IMG/VR virus record: IMGVR_UViG_3300037549_000096
DNA length: 64,000 bases
Origin: a virus
Reading direction: 5' to 3' (one strand)
The position numbers and the translations under genes were made by a program. Numbering within the stretch: the first letter of the stretch is position 1; each line of letters begins with the position of its first letter. Below the pieces are notes generated by a model, which saw only the letters and a list, made by a program, of their open reading frames with translations, did no database searches and was not told the origin of the DNA. This document shows positions 10,125-20,513 of this stretch, one piece after another.

Positions 10125-11797
10125 TGTTTAGCCTTTCTAAAATAACCAATATAAGAAGCAAGAGAAGATTGACGACCTTTATCCATATTATCGATAGCAT
10201 CACATAAAATATCTTCATTTTCAGCTACGATTAATATTTGTTTCTTAGCTCTTGTTAAACCCGTATAAAGTAAATTACGAGTTGTAATTCTAGATTTATT
10301 TAAAAAGAACACGACCTTATCAAATTCACTTCCCTGGGACTTATGAACAGTAAACGCATATGCTAAACTAACCATCCAATGCATAGGTTTAGTATAATAA
10401 ACTTCTCGCATATCCGAGTATTCTGCAATAAATTCACCAGTTTTAAATACTTTTCTAATAATCCCTGTATCACCATTCATGACATTATTTTGTTTATCAT
10501 TCTTCAAATGAAGAATTCTATCTTTATCTCTAAATCTGCCCATACCTGGATTAACAATATCTTGGACAATAGGATTGATAATTTCTGAACCGTACTCTTT
10601 AAGAACGGTTAGAAATTGAGCATCTTTCCATTTGTCTGAATTTGCTATTTTCTTAATCAATTCTTCTACATTCATATTACCGTAGAAATAAGTTTGAACT
10701 TCTTTATCTTCACCTTTTACTAATTCTTTACCATTTGCAATAGCGTGTGCAGATTGAATAATTGACCCAGGTTGTTGACGTTTAATTTCTTTTAGATGAC
10801 AATGAATACCAATACCACTATCTACAATTTGTTTAAGAACTTCACCTGCACCAACTGAAGGTAATTGGCAAGGATCACCTACAATTAAAAGCTTACATGT
10901 TGTTTTATCGATAGCAATTGCAAGTTTACCTGCAATTTCAATATCCATCATGGAAGCTTCATCTACAATAACTAATTTACCTTCCAAAGTCCCGTTACCT
11001 TCAAGTTTATATCCTTCATAGGTGTCAGTAAAATATAAGATGGAATGGAGTGTTCTGGCTTCCATTCCACATAATTCGGTAATTCTTTTTGCCGCCTTGC
11101 CTGTAGGAGCGCAAAGTATGATATTTTCTTCACCGTATATTTGAGAGATAACAGAAACAGTTCTAGTTTTGCCCGTTCCTGGTAGTCCTGTAAGAATGAC
11201 AAGATTTGATTTCTGTAAAGCATGAACAGCTTCCTTTTGTTCATCTGCTAATTGATCAAATGCCGGATGAGATACACAAACATTATCAAAATAAGCCATA
11301 CCAGCGGCATCTATATCAACTAACATTTGAGCTAAATACCTTTCGGCATAAATCAAACGTATTGGATAGATTTTACCACCCTTGGTTATAACTATTTTCT
11401 TTTTATCTTGTAATTCAGTTTGTACTTCAATGAGTTCATCCACAGGAAACTCATTAAGTTTTAAATTAGGCATTAATTGATAATCTCTAGCATAACAATG
11501 ACCATAATCTATAACGTGTTCAAGAGCCGCTAAATAAACGGCTTTATGTCTACGTTTATCAAATGGTATTTCACAATGTTTAGCTACTTTATCCGCTACT
11601 GCTACCGTAAAACCTTTATCTTTAGAATACCAAAACCACGGATCTAATTTCATGGTTTTATCCATTTCAATTAGATCCGCGATATTGAAGTTATCTAATA
11701 CATAAGGCGATACTAAAAATTTTTCGTTAATAGTATCAATGTAAGCTTGTTTTTCGGGAGAAATAGTCGTTTCTTTATTTCCAAATAAATCTGCCAT
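10121..11797 (-). CDS. recD: RecD2-like SF1B helicase
   Basis: GLPGTGKT, APTGKAA, VDEASM, GDPCQLPSVGAG, AYAFTVHKSQGSEF, YTGLTRAK. Confidence 0.93.
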   Translation of the reverse strand: MADLFGNKETTISPEKQAYIDTINEKFLVSPYVLDNFNIADLIEMDKTMKLDPWFWYSKDKGFTVAVADKVAKHCEIPFDKRRHKAVYLAALEHVIDYGHCYARDYQLMPNLKLNEFPVDELIEVQTELQDKKKIVITKGGKIYPIRLIYAERYLAQMLVDIDAAGMAYFDNVCVSHPAFDQLADEQKEAVHALQKSNLVILTGLPGTGKTRTVSVISQIYGEENIILCAPTGKAAKRITELCGMEARTLHSILYFTDTYEGYKLEGNGTLEGKLVIVDEASMMDIEIAGKLAIAIDKTTCKLLIVGDPCQLPSVGAGEVLKQIVDSGIGIHCHLKEIKRQQPGSIIQSAHAIANGKELVKGEDKEVQTYFYGNMNVEELIKKIANSDKWKDAQFLTVLKEYGSEIINPIVQDIVNPGMGRFRDKDRILHLKNDKQNNVMNGDTGIIRKVFKTGEFIAEYSDMREVYYTKPMHWMVSLAYAFTVHKSQGSEFDKVVFFLNKSRITTRNLLYTGLTRAKKQILIVAENEDILCDAIDNMDKGRQSSLASYIGYFRKAKQ

Positions 11798-11799
11798 CT

Positions 11800-12003
11800 T
11801 TATACTTCAAAAAAAGTAGATTCACCATCTTGAAGTGAAGCGATTTTTTCAAAACCTGAATAAGCTCCATCTTTAATGGGATGACTAAATCTTCCATCAT
11901 AAGGAACTTCAATATTAGATCCAGGTAAAATCATTACAATCTTACCATCTGTTACTCGCTTTTTAACTTCAGCTTCGCTATTACCACGTTTTTCTAGCGT
12001 CAT
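11800..12003 (-). CDS. hypothetical protein
   Basis: GGAG RBS, operon context. Confidence 0.65.
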   Translation of the reverse strand: MTLEKRGNSEAEVKKRVTDGKIVMILPGSNIEVPYDGRFSHPIKDGAYSGFEKIASLQDGESTFFEV

Positions 12004-12012
12004 GATTAACTC

Positions 12013-12336
12013 CTAATTAAATAAATCGTGACAAAAATTCCAAATCTGGATATCTGATTTAGACAACCATTCACTATCACCATTAATTTGATAACCAATA
12101 CAAATTAAATTTGTAATAGTATGACCAATTAAAATTCTATCTATAATAAGTTGTTTAGTTTTAAGTGGTTCATTTATATCAAATAAATTAACTTTTTTAG
12201 TTTCTGTAATCACATTATGAACTTCAGAACAAATTAAACTATTATCTAAAGATGAGTAATAATTACAACCATCAGTTAATATTTCAGCTAAATCATTATT
12301 TCTAAAAATTTTACGATCTTTATTCATGAACGACAT
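12013..12336 (-). CDS. hypothetical protein
   Basis: ORF track, operon context. Confidence 0.6.
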   Translation of the reverse strand: MSFMNKDRKIFRNNDLAEILTDGCNYYSSLDNSLICSEVHNVITETKKVNLFDINEPLKTKQLIIDRILIGHTITNLICIGYQINGDSEWLSKSDIQIWNFCHDLFN

Positions 12337-12338
12337 AA

Positions 12339-12674
12339 TTAAAAATCCTTTAATAAATCCCTTAACTTACTTTCGATAAATTCAGGAGGCTTTTTACTTG
12401 AAGTTGCAAAAATTCTAACAATAGTCTCACAATTACCTTCTTCGAGAAGTTTAAGAATAATCTTTTCTTTAAAAGACTCTTTATCTTCTCCTGGTTCTTC
12501 ATATGGAGGTAATGAAGCTAGAGCAGCATTGCAATGAACGCAATGCCACTCTAATCTTGGAGAACCATCTATCTCTACTGGTTTAGGTCCAAAGATCCAG
12601 TTTTTACAGTAACGACAGATAATCCCCGTTCTACCATTACTATCTTTTACAGGAACTTCATCAACGACAAACAT
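12339..12674 (-). CDS. Zn-ribbon protein
   Basis: CRYC...CVHC. Confidence 0.65.
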   Translation of the reverse strand: MFVVDEVPVKDSNGRTGIICRYCKNWIFGPKPVEIDGSPRLEWHCVHCNAALASLPPYEEPGEDKESFKEKIILKLLEEGNCETIVRIFATSSKKPPEFIESKLRDLLKDF

Positions 12675-14359
12675 TAAACCTCCGTTGGTACGCCTAACTT
12701 CATGCGAATTAGTTTAACTCCTGGAATTGATTTTAAGTAATCGTATTGATCTGTATGATGTTCAACTAAAGTACCAAATAATTGAATACCATTTACATTA
12801 TCTGAATAGCTTTTAACAAATTGTTCTAAGACTTTTTTATCTAAAATTTCAAGCCTATCGGTCAAAAGTAGCCTAGATTTAGGATACAGGTTTTTCATAA
12901 TAGCGCAAGCGGCACGTAGCTGGGTAGAAGTTGATTCCTCAGATAATGGAACGTCATTAAAATAAATCCCATCATCTTTTACATCAATGCCGTTAATTTC
13001 TAACTTGGCTCGTTTAGTTAATTCTACATCGATAAAATTACGCAGCTTTTTTACTAGATCATCTAATTGTCGCTGACGTTTTACCTTTTCTTCGATATCT
13101 CCTAATGCAGCTAATTCTTTAGCCATTTTAGCTGTAGACAATTCTTTTTGTTTTTGCTCTAATTCAATTTTAGTAGCTTCATCATTTTCAAGAGCTTCAT
13201 CGGAAATGTTAAGATTATCAATCATGGCCTTAGTTCTATCACGTTCAACTCTTTTAGTGGTAATAGTTTTCTTAATTTCAATTAATTTAGTAATACCATC
13301 TATTTGTTCACTTAATGCTAGATTTTGATTATGGAACGTTTTAAGACTTTCTCCCATATCATGAAGCTCAGTCTTCATACTTTCTTTAACACTTGTCATA
13401 TCTGTATTGCAAGCGATTTTAAGACTAATAGGACAAACTGGATATGGACCCGTTTCAAGAGCATCTAACGTTTTCTTTAATGTATTATAAGAACCACGTA
13501 ATTCAGATTCTTGTGCTGAAAGCTTAATAAAATTTTGCTTTAAAGCTGCTATGTTTTCTTCAGCCTGACCGTCCTTGTCTTTCATTGATTCTTCGGCAAC
13601 TAGAATCTCTGCCTCAAGTGTATTAAGCTGATCTTGAAGTTTCTGCTGAGTAACCAAATTGCCTTTTGCTGCATTAATTCTCGCATTCTTTTTGATTTGT
13701 TCATTTAATCGAGAATTAAGTTCAGAAGTTTGAAGCTCTAATCTTTCGATAAAAGCTTGATCTGGAATGAAGTCTAATTTAGCACTCGACATTTTTTGTT
13801 TAATAACATCTATTTGTCTGTTAATTTCAGTACGATCAGAATAATATTTTTTATAAGTATCTTCACATAATGTTCTAGCGTCTTTAGTTACTCTAGAACC
13901 ATCTTGTTCATATAAAACTACACCTAAATCTTCAGCTTCTTTATCAGTAAGAATCATCTTACTGGCCAAAGCTTCACGAATAACTTTAGATTGTAATTTA
14001 GGATCTAGAAAAATAAAATTAATAGGATCAAAACAAAATTCACTAAAATTAGATAAAGCAATACTGGAATCAACTACGCTACCATCCTGTTTCTTGGTAA
14101 CGATAATTCTATCCTTTTTAGAACCTCTTACTAAAACACGATCAAAAGTAGCTTTTTCAGTATCGGCTACAACTCTTGTTTCATTCTTACCATTTTTTAC
14201 ATAAAATGGTTTATTACCTCCGATTAAACACCATGCAATAGATTTAAGCATGGAAGTTTTACCTTGTCTATTATCTCCAATAAAAAAAGTAATTTTATCA
14301 CACTTTACTTCTGCTTTTTCGATACCTTTAAAATCAGAAACCTTCAGGTTCACGATCAT
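12674..14359 (-). CDS. SMC/SbcC(Rad50)-like coiled-coil ATPase
   Basis: DFKGI, Walker A GDNRQGKTS, long coiled coil with central CP...C hook, C-terminal LLTDRLE. Confidence 0.85.
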   Translation of the reverse strand: MIVNLKVSDFKGIEKAEVKCDKITFFIGDNRQGKTSMLKSIAWCLIGGNKPFYVKNGKNETRVVADTEKATFDRVLVRGSKKDRIIVTKKQDGSVVDSSIALSNFSEFCFDPINFIFLDPKLQSKVIREALASKMILTDKEAEDLGVVLYEQDGSRVTKDARTLCEDTYKKYYSDRTEINRQIDVIKQKMSSAKLDFIPDQAFIERLELQTSELNSRLNEQIKKNARINAAKGNLVTQQKLQDQLNTLEAEILVAEESMKDKDGQAEENIAALKQNFIKLSAQESELRGSYNTLKKTLDALETGPYPVCPISLKIACNTDMTSVKESMKTELHDMGESLKTFHNQNLALSEQIDGITKLIEIKKTITTKRVERDRTKAMIDNLNISDEALENDEATKIELEQKQKELSTAKMAKELAALGDIEEKVKRQRQLDDLVKKLRNFIDVELTKRAKLEINGIDVKDDGIYFNDVPLSEESTSTQLRAACAIMKNLYPKSRLLLTDRLEILDKKVLEQFVKSYSDNVNGIQLFGTLVEHHTDQYDYLKSIPGVKLIRMKLGVPTEV

Positions 14360-17300
14360 CTGTATTTCCTTCCATGTTTAACGTTTTAGCAGGAACGATA
14401 ATAGCTCTACTAGTTTTTGTTTTACCGCTACCAATACTTTGAAAATCAGGAATACGGGTAGATTGAATATTACCTTTTTCATCTAATAAAGCAAATCCCA
14501 TATCTGCGAATTCTTGTTTTAATGAATCAGCTAGAGTAAAATCAAAATGACGTTTAATCGCTAAAGTCAACAATCTCCAAGATGTGATTGCATACACTAT
14601 AGAACTTTCGTCAGACGGATTTTTTCTATACTTTAAAACAAAGTATTGAGGATTATGTTGTTGACTAAGAACAACCTGTTTAGGTTTATCATTCTGGTCA
14701 TACAACATAGAGGCTACATTAAATGTATTACTGATAATAGCTTCTGAGAAATAAGTTTTAAACTTTTCCATAACTCTTACCTCTGTTGAACGTGCTACTT
14801 GAACCTTTGCTTGAGATTGAATACTTATAAACAATTCCTGAATAGCTTTATCAGCTTCTTCTTTTGTGCAAACCTCTTTATGTTCTAAGAATTTACAGAA
14901 AGAATAAAATCCAGTCAAAATCATTGATAACTGTAAAGCGATACGACCATTATTAGGTTCGTCTTTAATAGTTTTTTCGATAGCTTTATAATAAAACTTA
15001 TAACGTTCAATCAAAGTATCAATATTGTTATGTTGCCACGCGATTAAATAAGGCGTGAAACATTTAAACAAAGGCAACGTTTCGCTTCCATTAACTTCTC
15101 TATAAATATCCTCTGTATTAATAAGTGGAACATAAAAACGTAAATATCTAGCTTCTGCTGATGTTTCTAAATCTTGAGCATATTCAGCGGTCGTAATTAC
15201 GTTTGCGTTGAAATAATTGATATCAACCATTTCAGACTTAGTATTTAAACGACCACGAGTTTTACCATTATAAAGATTATGTACCATATTATTCATAGCT
15301 TCAACTGTATAATCTTTACTAGGTTTGAATTCATCACAAACACAAATACAACTTCCAGTAGCAGCGATAGCAGCTTCTAGATGCTTAGGGGTTTGATTAT
15401 TAAAAGCATTTACTTTATCGTCTGTGGCAAAATCTCCATAAAAATTTTGAATGATTCTAGCTAATGAAGTTTTGTGACTATTAGAATTACCAATAAGAAA
15501 TAAATGTAGTCCATTAACATTATTATCTAATATATGTTTAATAGGAGTACAAAAAGCAAATCCTATTAATCCATCAACTAACGTTCGGTCATGTAACTTC
15601 CTTAACTTATACCACAAAGTATGAGAAATTTTCATTAAAGTTTCTTCGTTACAAGTAGAAAACTTATAATTTACTGATCTAGATAAATCAATATTTAAAA
15701 TTTTGTTCTCTACTACTTTACCATCAATAACTGAGACGTATTTACTTAAATATGTTTTTAATGTTCCGTCTTTAACGAAAAAATTAGGACGTAAAACATT
15801 ACTCATTGTTTCAGTCGCAAAGCTTTTCATGTGAGGACCAGGAGTAGGATAAGATAACTTTTCCTTAACTACTGATAATGTATTTTTGATACAGAAAAAT
15901 ACGTCAGCTTCTCGATCTTTCTTAACAGCGTTGATTAGGCTAATTTCTGCACTATATACATTATTCCAAAACTTTTTATAGTCTACAAGATCTTCGACCT
16001 TAAAAATCACATTTCGTTTTGCTTTCATCTTATGAAATGAAATTTCAGCATAAATTTCAGTTGATTCCCAAGCTACATCTAGATCCTCAGACTTGGATTT
16101 ATTATGACCTTTCATTAATGAGGTCATTTTCATTTGACCACGAATAATGAAATCAGAAATTTGAAGTTTTTCAACAACTCCGTTCTTATCTGTTTCTTCT
16201 TTCCAATAACAATTATTTTTAATATAATAATCTGAATCATTAATTTGCGTAAATACAGCATCGTCTAATTGACGAACCATATCATCATCTACACCAGTTA
16301 AATCTGAGTAGAGATTTTTCAATATTAATTGATCTACATTATTAAATAATCGCTTAGAAAAACGTTCACAAAAACTGAATCGAGCAGAATTTCTTGCGTC
16401 ATCGGCATAATTTAAAACTAATTTTTCAATAGTGCAATATAAGAATTCAGATATATTTTTTCTTAGATTATGTGTTTTAAAAATATCAAAATAAGCCTGT
16501 TTTCGATTATCTAAATTTTCTCTAAGATAATCATCTAAATCATATTTATCTTTTTGATTAGCCCAATAAATAGTTTTAAATTCTAATGGTTTTAAATAAT
16601 TATAAACATCAATAACGTTATCTACGGTAGCTCTATCATTATCTTTTTTATCTGGATCTTTTAATTGAACGTCTGGAAAATAAAATACACGATTTAAAGT
16701 TCCTTCTAATACTTTTAGTTTAGCATTATTCGCTAAAGAACCAGTACAAAATATTTGTTTAACAACTTTAGCTGCTAAATCCTTTTCATTTTCCGTTTGA
16801 CCCCATAAAGCCGCTGCTACTGCTACACGATTCATTTCTCCTTCAGCAATAGCTACGTTTTTATCACTAAGGGCATAATTCAATCCATACATAGCTAATG
16901 CTTGATCGTTAAGAACACTTGTGAAAATGCGTTTCTCATCTTCTAATGTTCTTAATTTAATACCTACTAATGCGCCTTGTCTATTATAAAGAGGAAATAC
17001 AATTGCATTATTTTCTACTTCTGGAAAATGAGTAAAAGACATTTCATCTTTATTATTTTTATCCATATCTAATTCATATTTTTTACATATGGTTTCGACT
17101 ATGGACTTAGCAGGCCACATTCCTATTTCAAGTAAGTCAAAAAACTTTTGATCAAATGGAAGCTTTCTAGTTTCACAATAAGCACGAAGCATGAAAGTTT
17201 GCTTTGCGTCGGCATTATCAAAAAACATAGCATTCATTGTATTGCGGCATACTAAATAAATATCATTTAAAGCTTCTTGACGCTTAGTATAATGTTGAAT

Positions 17301-17660
17301 ATTTTTAAGTAAATTATTAGGAATTGTCTCGCCTACATAATTTGCTAAAAATAAGACCGCATCATAATAACTTTTACAAACTTTGGTAATTAGTAATAAA
17401 TCAATATGATTATATACTTTACCAATTTTGTTGACGTAGTTAGATTGATCACCAAAATCAGTTAAAGTATTATTTCTAGGGAAAAAACAAAGCGAAGGGT
17501 GTTCATCCCTTCGCCATTGAGTCTTAGCGCGTAACCTAGAATTGATATTTTGAAACTGGATACCTGTAATTTTTGTATAAAATCTATCAATCGGAGCTTT
17601 ATCTTTAAGACTATTAATATAACTTGCAGGTATTAAAGAATCACTCTTAGTTTTCGCCAT
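14334..17660 (-). CDS. primase-helicase fusion (DnaG-like TOPRIM plus C-terminal P-loop helicase)
   Basis: IVFPL...GIKLR, AEGEMN, FPD, DLDDYL; GNSNSHKTS, VCDE, RGRL. Confidence 0.82.
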   Translation of the reverse strand: MAKTKSDSLIPASYINSLKDKAPIDRFYTKITGIQFQNINSRLRAKTQWRRDEHPSLCFFPRNNTLTDFGDQSNYVNKIGKVYNHIDLLLITKVCKSYYDAVLFLANYVGETIPNNLLKNIQHYTKRQEALNDIYLVCRNTMNAMFFDNADAKQTFMLRAYCETRKLPFDQKFFDLLEIGMWPAKSIVETICKKYELDMDKNNKDEMSFTHFPEVENNAIVFPLYNRQGALVGIKLRTLEDEKRIFTSVLNDQALAMYGLNYALSDKNVAIAEGEMNRVAVAAALWGQTENEKDLAAKVVKQIFCTGSLANNAKLKVLEGTLNRVFYFPDVQLKDPDKKDNDRATVDNVIDVYNYLKPLEFKTIYWANQKDKYDLDDYLRENLDNRKQAYFDIFKTHNLRKNISEFLYCTIEKLVLNYADDARNSARFSFCERFSKRLFNNVDQLILKNLYSDLTGVDDDMVRQLDDAVFTQINDSDYYIKNNCYWKEETDKNGVVEKLQISDFIIRGQMKMTSLMKGHNKSKSEDLDVAWESTEIYAEISFHKMKAKRNVIFKVEDLVDYKKFWNNVYSAEISLINAVKKDREADVFFCIKNTLSVVKEKLSYPTPGPHMKSFATETMSNVLRPNFFVKDGTLKTYLSKYVSVIDGKVVENKILNIDLSRSVNYKFSTCNEETLMKISHTLWYKLRKLHDRTLVDGLIGFAFCTPIKHILDNNVNGLHLFLIGNSNSHKTSLARIIQNFYGDFATDDKVNAFNNQTPKHLEAAIAATGSCICVCDEFKPSKDYTVEAMNNMVHNLYNGKTRGRLNTKSEMVDINYFNANVITTAEYAQDLETSAEARYLRFYVPLINTEDIYREVNGSETLPLFKCFTPYLIAWQHNNIDTLIERYKFYYKAIEKTIKDEPNNGRIALQLSMILTGFYSFCKFLEHKEVCTKEEADKAIQELFISIQSQAKVQVARSTEVRVMEKFKTYFSEAIISNTFNVASMLYDQNDKPKQVVLSQQHNPQYFVLKYRKNPSDESSIVYAITSWRLLTLAIKRHFDFTLADSLKQEFADMGFALLDEKGNIQSTRIPDFQSIGSGKTKTSRAIIVPAKTLNMEGNTDDREPEGF

Positions 17661-17684
17661 CTATACTCCATTTGAACAAACCTC

Positions 17685-17713
17685 ACTATAACACATAATG
17701 TATACAAAATCAA
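17685..17713 (-). promoter_or_regulatory. sigma70-type promoter with extended -10
   Basis: TTGATT-17 nt-TATAGT preceded by TGn. Confidence 0.6.
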
Positions 17714-17741
17714 ATGAAATTTATTTTAAGAGTGATCATTG

Positions 17742-19484
17742 TTAAGAAACTAGTTTACCTTTTAAAAATCTATCTAAACGAGTTTTAGTAACAATAGAAC
17801 TCCAAATATCAGGTTCAAGTGTTCCTTTAAAGAAAAAGTGACGTTCAGTTACTTCTCTAGTTTGACCTCTACGATGATTACGCTTTCTTGATTGTGCATA
17901 TTGATTATTATCATCAACCGCTGAAGGATAATAAGTATAGTTAGCTTTAAGCCAAGTGTGACCATACATAAATGCACCTGGATGAGCTACCATAATTCTG
18001 CACTTAGGATTTTGTAACCATAGAGTTAATTGTTCTGTTTGTTCATCATCTTTCATACCGCCTTGACCATAAGCGCAAATATAATCCTTAGATAATTCTT
18101 CCATATAAATTGCTAATTCTTCTCTATAACGAGTCCAAATAATAACATTAGAAGTAGGATCTGATAAATCATATTTTAATTGTTTTTTAACAGCATCCAA
18201 CTTTGGGTTACTAGAAAGACGAATTGGCGTTTTAACTTTAAAAGCATCTACATGATAAATGAAACCTGCATAAGCTTGTAAAAGTTTAGCTCGTTCAGAC
18301 ATTTCATTTTCAACATAAATTTCTCTATCCATATTGTTTTTATTATCAATTAATTTTAAATAACCATCTTCAATATCTTTACAAACTTGATCTTGATCTT
18401 TAGGCATAGTTACATAAATATCAAAATCTTTACCTTTATAATAAGGTGGTAAATTTAAATATTCTTCAGAAGTCATGTATATAGATACAGCTTCAATTCT
18501 AGATTTAATTTCTTCTTCAGCATTTCTACGTGGAAAGTATTTAGATTTTCCAGGTCTAATTTCTATCGATTTACCATATCTTTGTTCAAAGGCTTCATAA
18601 GAATCACCTAACCAATTTCCAATACAAGAGTTTAATCCCCATAACTGAAAAATGCCATTAGGCGCGGGAAGTCCTGACATTAATAAACTATATTCAACAT
18701 TTTTACTTAATTCTTTAAAACATCGACGTATTTTAGAAGAAGGTGATCTAAGTTTTGTAGCTTCATCAAAAATAATGTTCTTAAAACCCTTATGAGCAAA
18801 AACATTATTTTTAATATAATCATCATTTTTATCTAAACAATGAACCGCAAATTGTTCTGGATTAATAATAAAACAATCAGCGTAAGGATTATTAACATTA
18901 TCTATATTTTTTCGTAAACTTAACATTGTCATATCTGAAAATTTATCTAACTCACCTTCCCAGTTTTCTTCACCATGTAAACTTTTAGGAGCAACAATTA
19001 AAGTAGAACCTCTTGGAATTAATTTATTATTAATCAAGTGTTGAGTAAATGATAAACCAATAGCTGATTTACCTAATCCCATATCTAAATACATACCAGC
19101 TTTTCTAACAGCAAACCCAAAGAGTATGGCTCTACGTTGATAGTTGTCTAAAATAATATCTGCTTTTTCATAAAAATTACCTTCATTCCATACTAAATCA
19201 ATGTCATCATCTAACATTGTTTTATATTTTTTTGCTTCAAGAATACGTTTATATTCTTCTAAAAGTAAAATTCTTACATTCATAGCTGTGTCTGTATAAC
19301 TTAATTGCCAATCAAATTGTTTAGCAGCTTTAGTAAGATCAAGTAAGTTATTAATACAAATTTCAGAAGTGTATTCTGTAAATTTTCTAATAGCCCGAAA
19401 ACCTAACCATGATAAATCATTAGCACCATGATATCTAAATTTATCTCCGGTTATATCTATTTCTATGCGTTTCGGTTGCAACAT
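17742..19484 (-). CDS. SNF2-family helicase
   Basis: DMGLGKS, FDEAT, SGLPAPN, QSRKRNHRRGQ; GGAGG RBS before MLQPKR. Confidence 0.9.
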   Translation of the reverse strand: MLQPKRIEIDITGDKFRYHGANDLSWLGFRAIRKFTEYTSEICINNLLDLTKAAKQFDWQLSYTDTAMNVRILLLEEYKRILEAKKYKTMLDDDIDLVWNEGNFYEKADIILDNYQRRAILFGFAVRKAGMYLDMGLGKSAIGLSFTQHLINNKLIPRGSTLIVAPKSLHGEENWEGELDKFSDMTMLSLRKNIDNVNNPYADCFIINPEQFAVHCLDKNDDYIKNNVFAHKGFKNIIFDEATKLRSPSSKIRRCFKELSKNVEYSLLMSGLPAPNGIFQLWGLNSCIGNWLGDSYEAFEQRYGKSIEIRPGKSKYFPRRNAEEEIKSRIEAVSIYMTSEEYLNLPPYYKGKDFDIYVTMPKDQDQVCKDIEDGYLKLIDNKNNMDREIYVENEMSERAKLLQAYAGFIYHVDAFKVKTPIRLSSNPKLDAVKKQLKYDLSDPTSNVIIWTRYREELAIYMEELSKDYICAYGQGGMKDDEQTEQLTLWLQNPKCRIMVAHPGAFMYGHTWLKANYTYYPSAVDDNNQYAQSRKRNHRRGQTREVTERHFFFKGTLEPDIWSSIVTKTRLDRFLKGKLVS

Positions 19485-19878
19485 GAATGATTTCCTCCCA
19501 ATTAAACAAAGGTAATTTTTTATATTCTTCCATAGATATTTGACCATCTTCACGAATATCTAAAGGAAGAATATACCTAATCTCATCGTCATAAAAGATC
19601 ATACCAATTGGATAAGCGCCTGTAATTAGTAAATCTTTCATGCGTTTAACTTGCATCTTAGTGAAATTATGAGATAAGATTTTATTACCAGATTCTTGAT
19701 TTACTCTCTTACTTTCAATTGGTATAAAATTACCTTCTACCATAGAATAAATATCGGGAGTTCCGCGTCGTAAAGGATCTAGTTGCTTTTGAATCCATAT
19801 ACGAGGACCAAACTCCCGAATTGTTCTATCTACAAAATCACTGGAGTACTGCGTTTCTCTGGTCAACTGGACACCCAT
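19441..19878 (-). CDS. Holliday junction resolvase / VRR-NUC-like PD-(D/E)XK nuclease
   Basis: GTPDI...IESK...Q motif. Confidence 0.75.
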   Translation of the reverse strand: MGVQLTRETQYSSDFVDRTIREFGPRIWIQKQLDPLRRGTPDIYSMVEGNFIPIESKRVNQESGNKILSHNFTKMQVKRMKDLLITGAYPIGMIFYDDEIRYILPLDIREDGQISMEEYKKLPLFNWEEIIHVATETHRNRYNRR

Positions 19879-20416
19879 ACTTATTTAACGTAAAAGCATG
19901 ATGTAACTTGTTTACAAAATCTAATCTAACACATCGTTGAGTCACGGCTTCAAAAGCCGGTTTAAGTAAAGTAGTTAAAACCTCTTCCAAAAATACTTCA
20001 TGATCTTCATTATTGCATTTTGGAATACTGATAGTTCTTAGTTTGGAATTATAAATAATTCCACTAAACTTAATAACCTTAAATTCAGAGGTTGTTGAAT
20101 CGATAAAAGAAAGTTCCAATTCATATAAGCATTTATCTTGCTTAGTAGCTTTAAGAATAAAAATGCCACGATTCATTTTCAGAGCGTTTGCATAATCATT
20201 CCTTAATTTACGACCTATGGTATAATGTGTAGGAAGGGTTTCATTCCAAATATCAGTAAGCACTAACTCGCCTACTAATTCATTCAGAGTAGCATCAAAG
20301 CTGGCAAGCATACGGGGTTTTGATCCGTCTGCATTAATGATGACTTGGGCCGATCCCTTAATCGTTCCACCCTCTATAACTGCCTTACCAATTTCTAAAA
20401 GATGAAGTGTTGTCAT
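19838..20416 (-). CDS. hypothetical protein
   Basis: AGGAG RBS before MTTLHLL. Confidence 0.7.
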   Translation of the reverse strand: MTTLHLLEIGKAVIEGGTIKGSAQVIINADGSKPRMLASFDATLNELVGELVLTDIWNETLPTHYTIGRKLRNDYANALKMNRGIFILKATKQDKCLYELELSFIDSTTSEFKVIKFSGIIYNSKLRTISIPKCNNEDHEVFLEEVLTTLLKPAFEAVTQRCVRLDFVNKLHHAFTLNKYGCPVDQRNAVLQ

Positions 20417-20513
20417 AACTTTTCTCCTAGTAAGCCCGTTAAGGGCAGGGTGATGGATAGATAGAATATTTCCGCTTATACTTCTTATAACATAAAGTAT
20501 TGGATTTTTGCAC

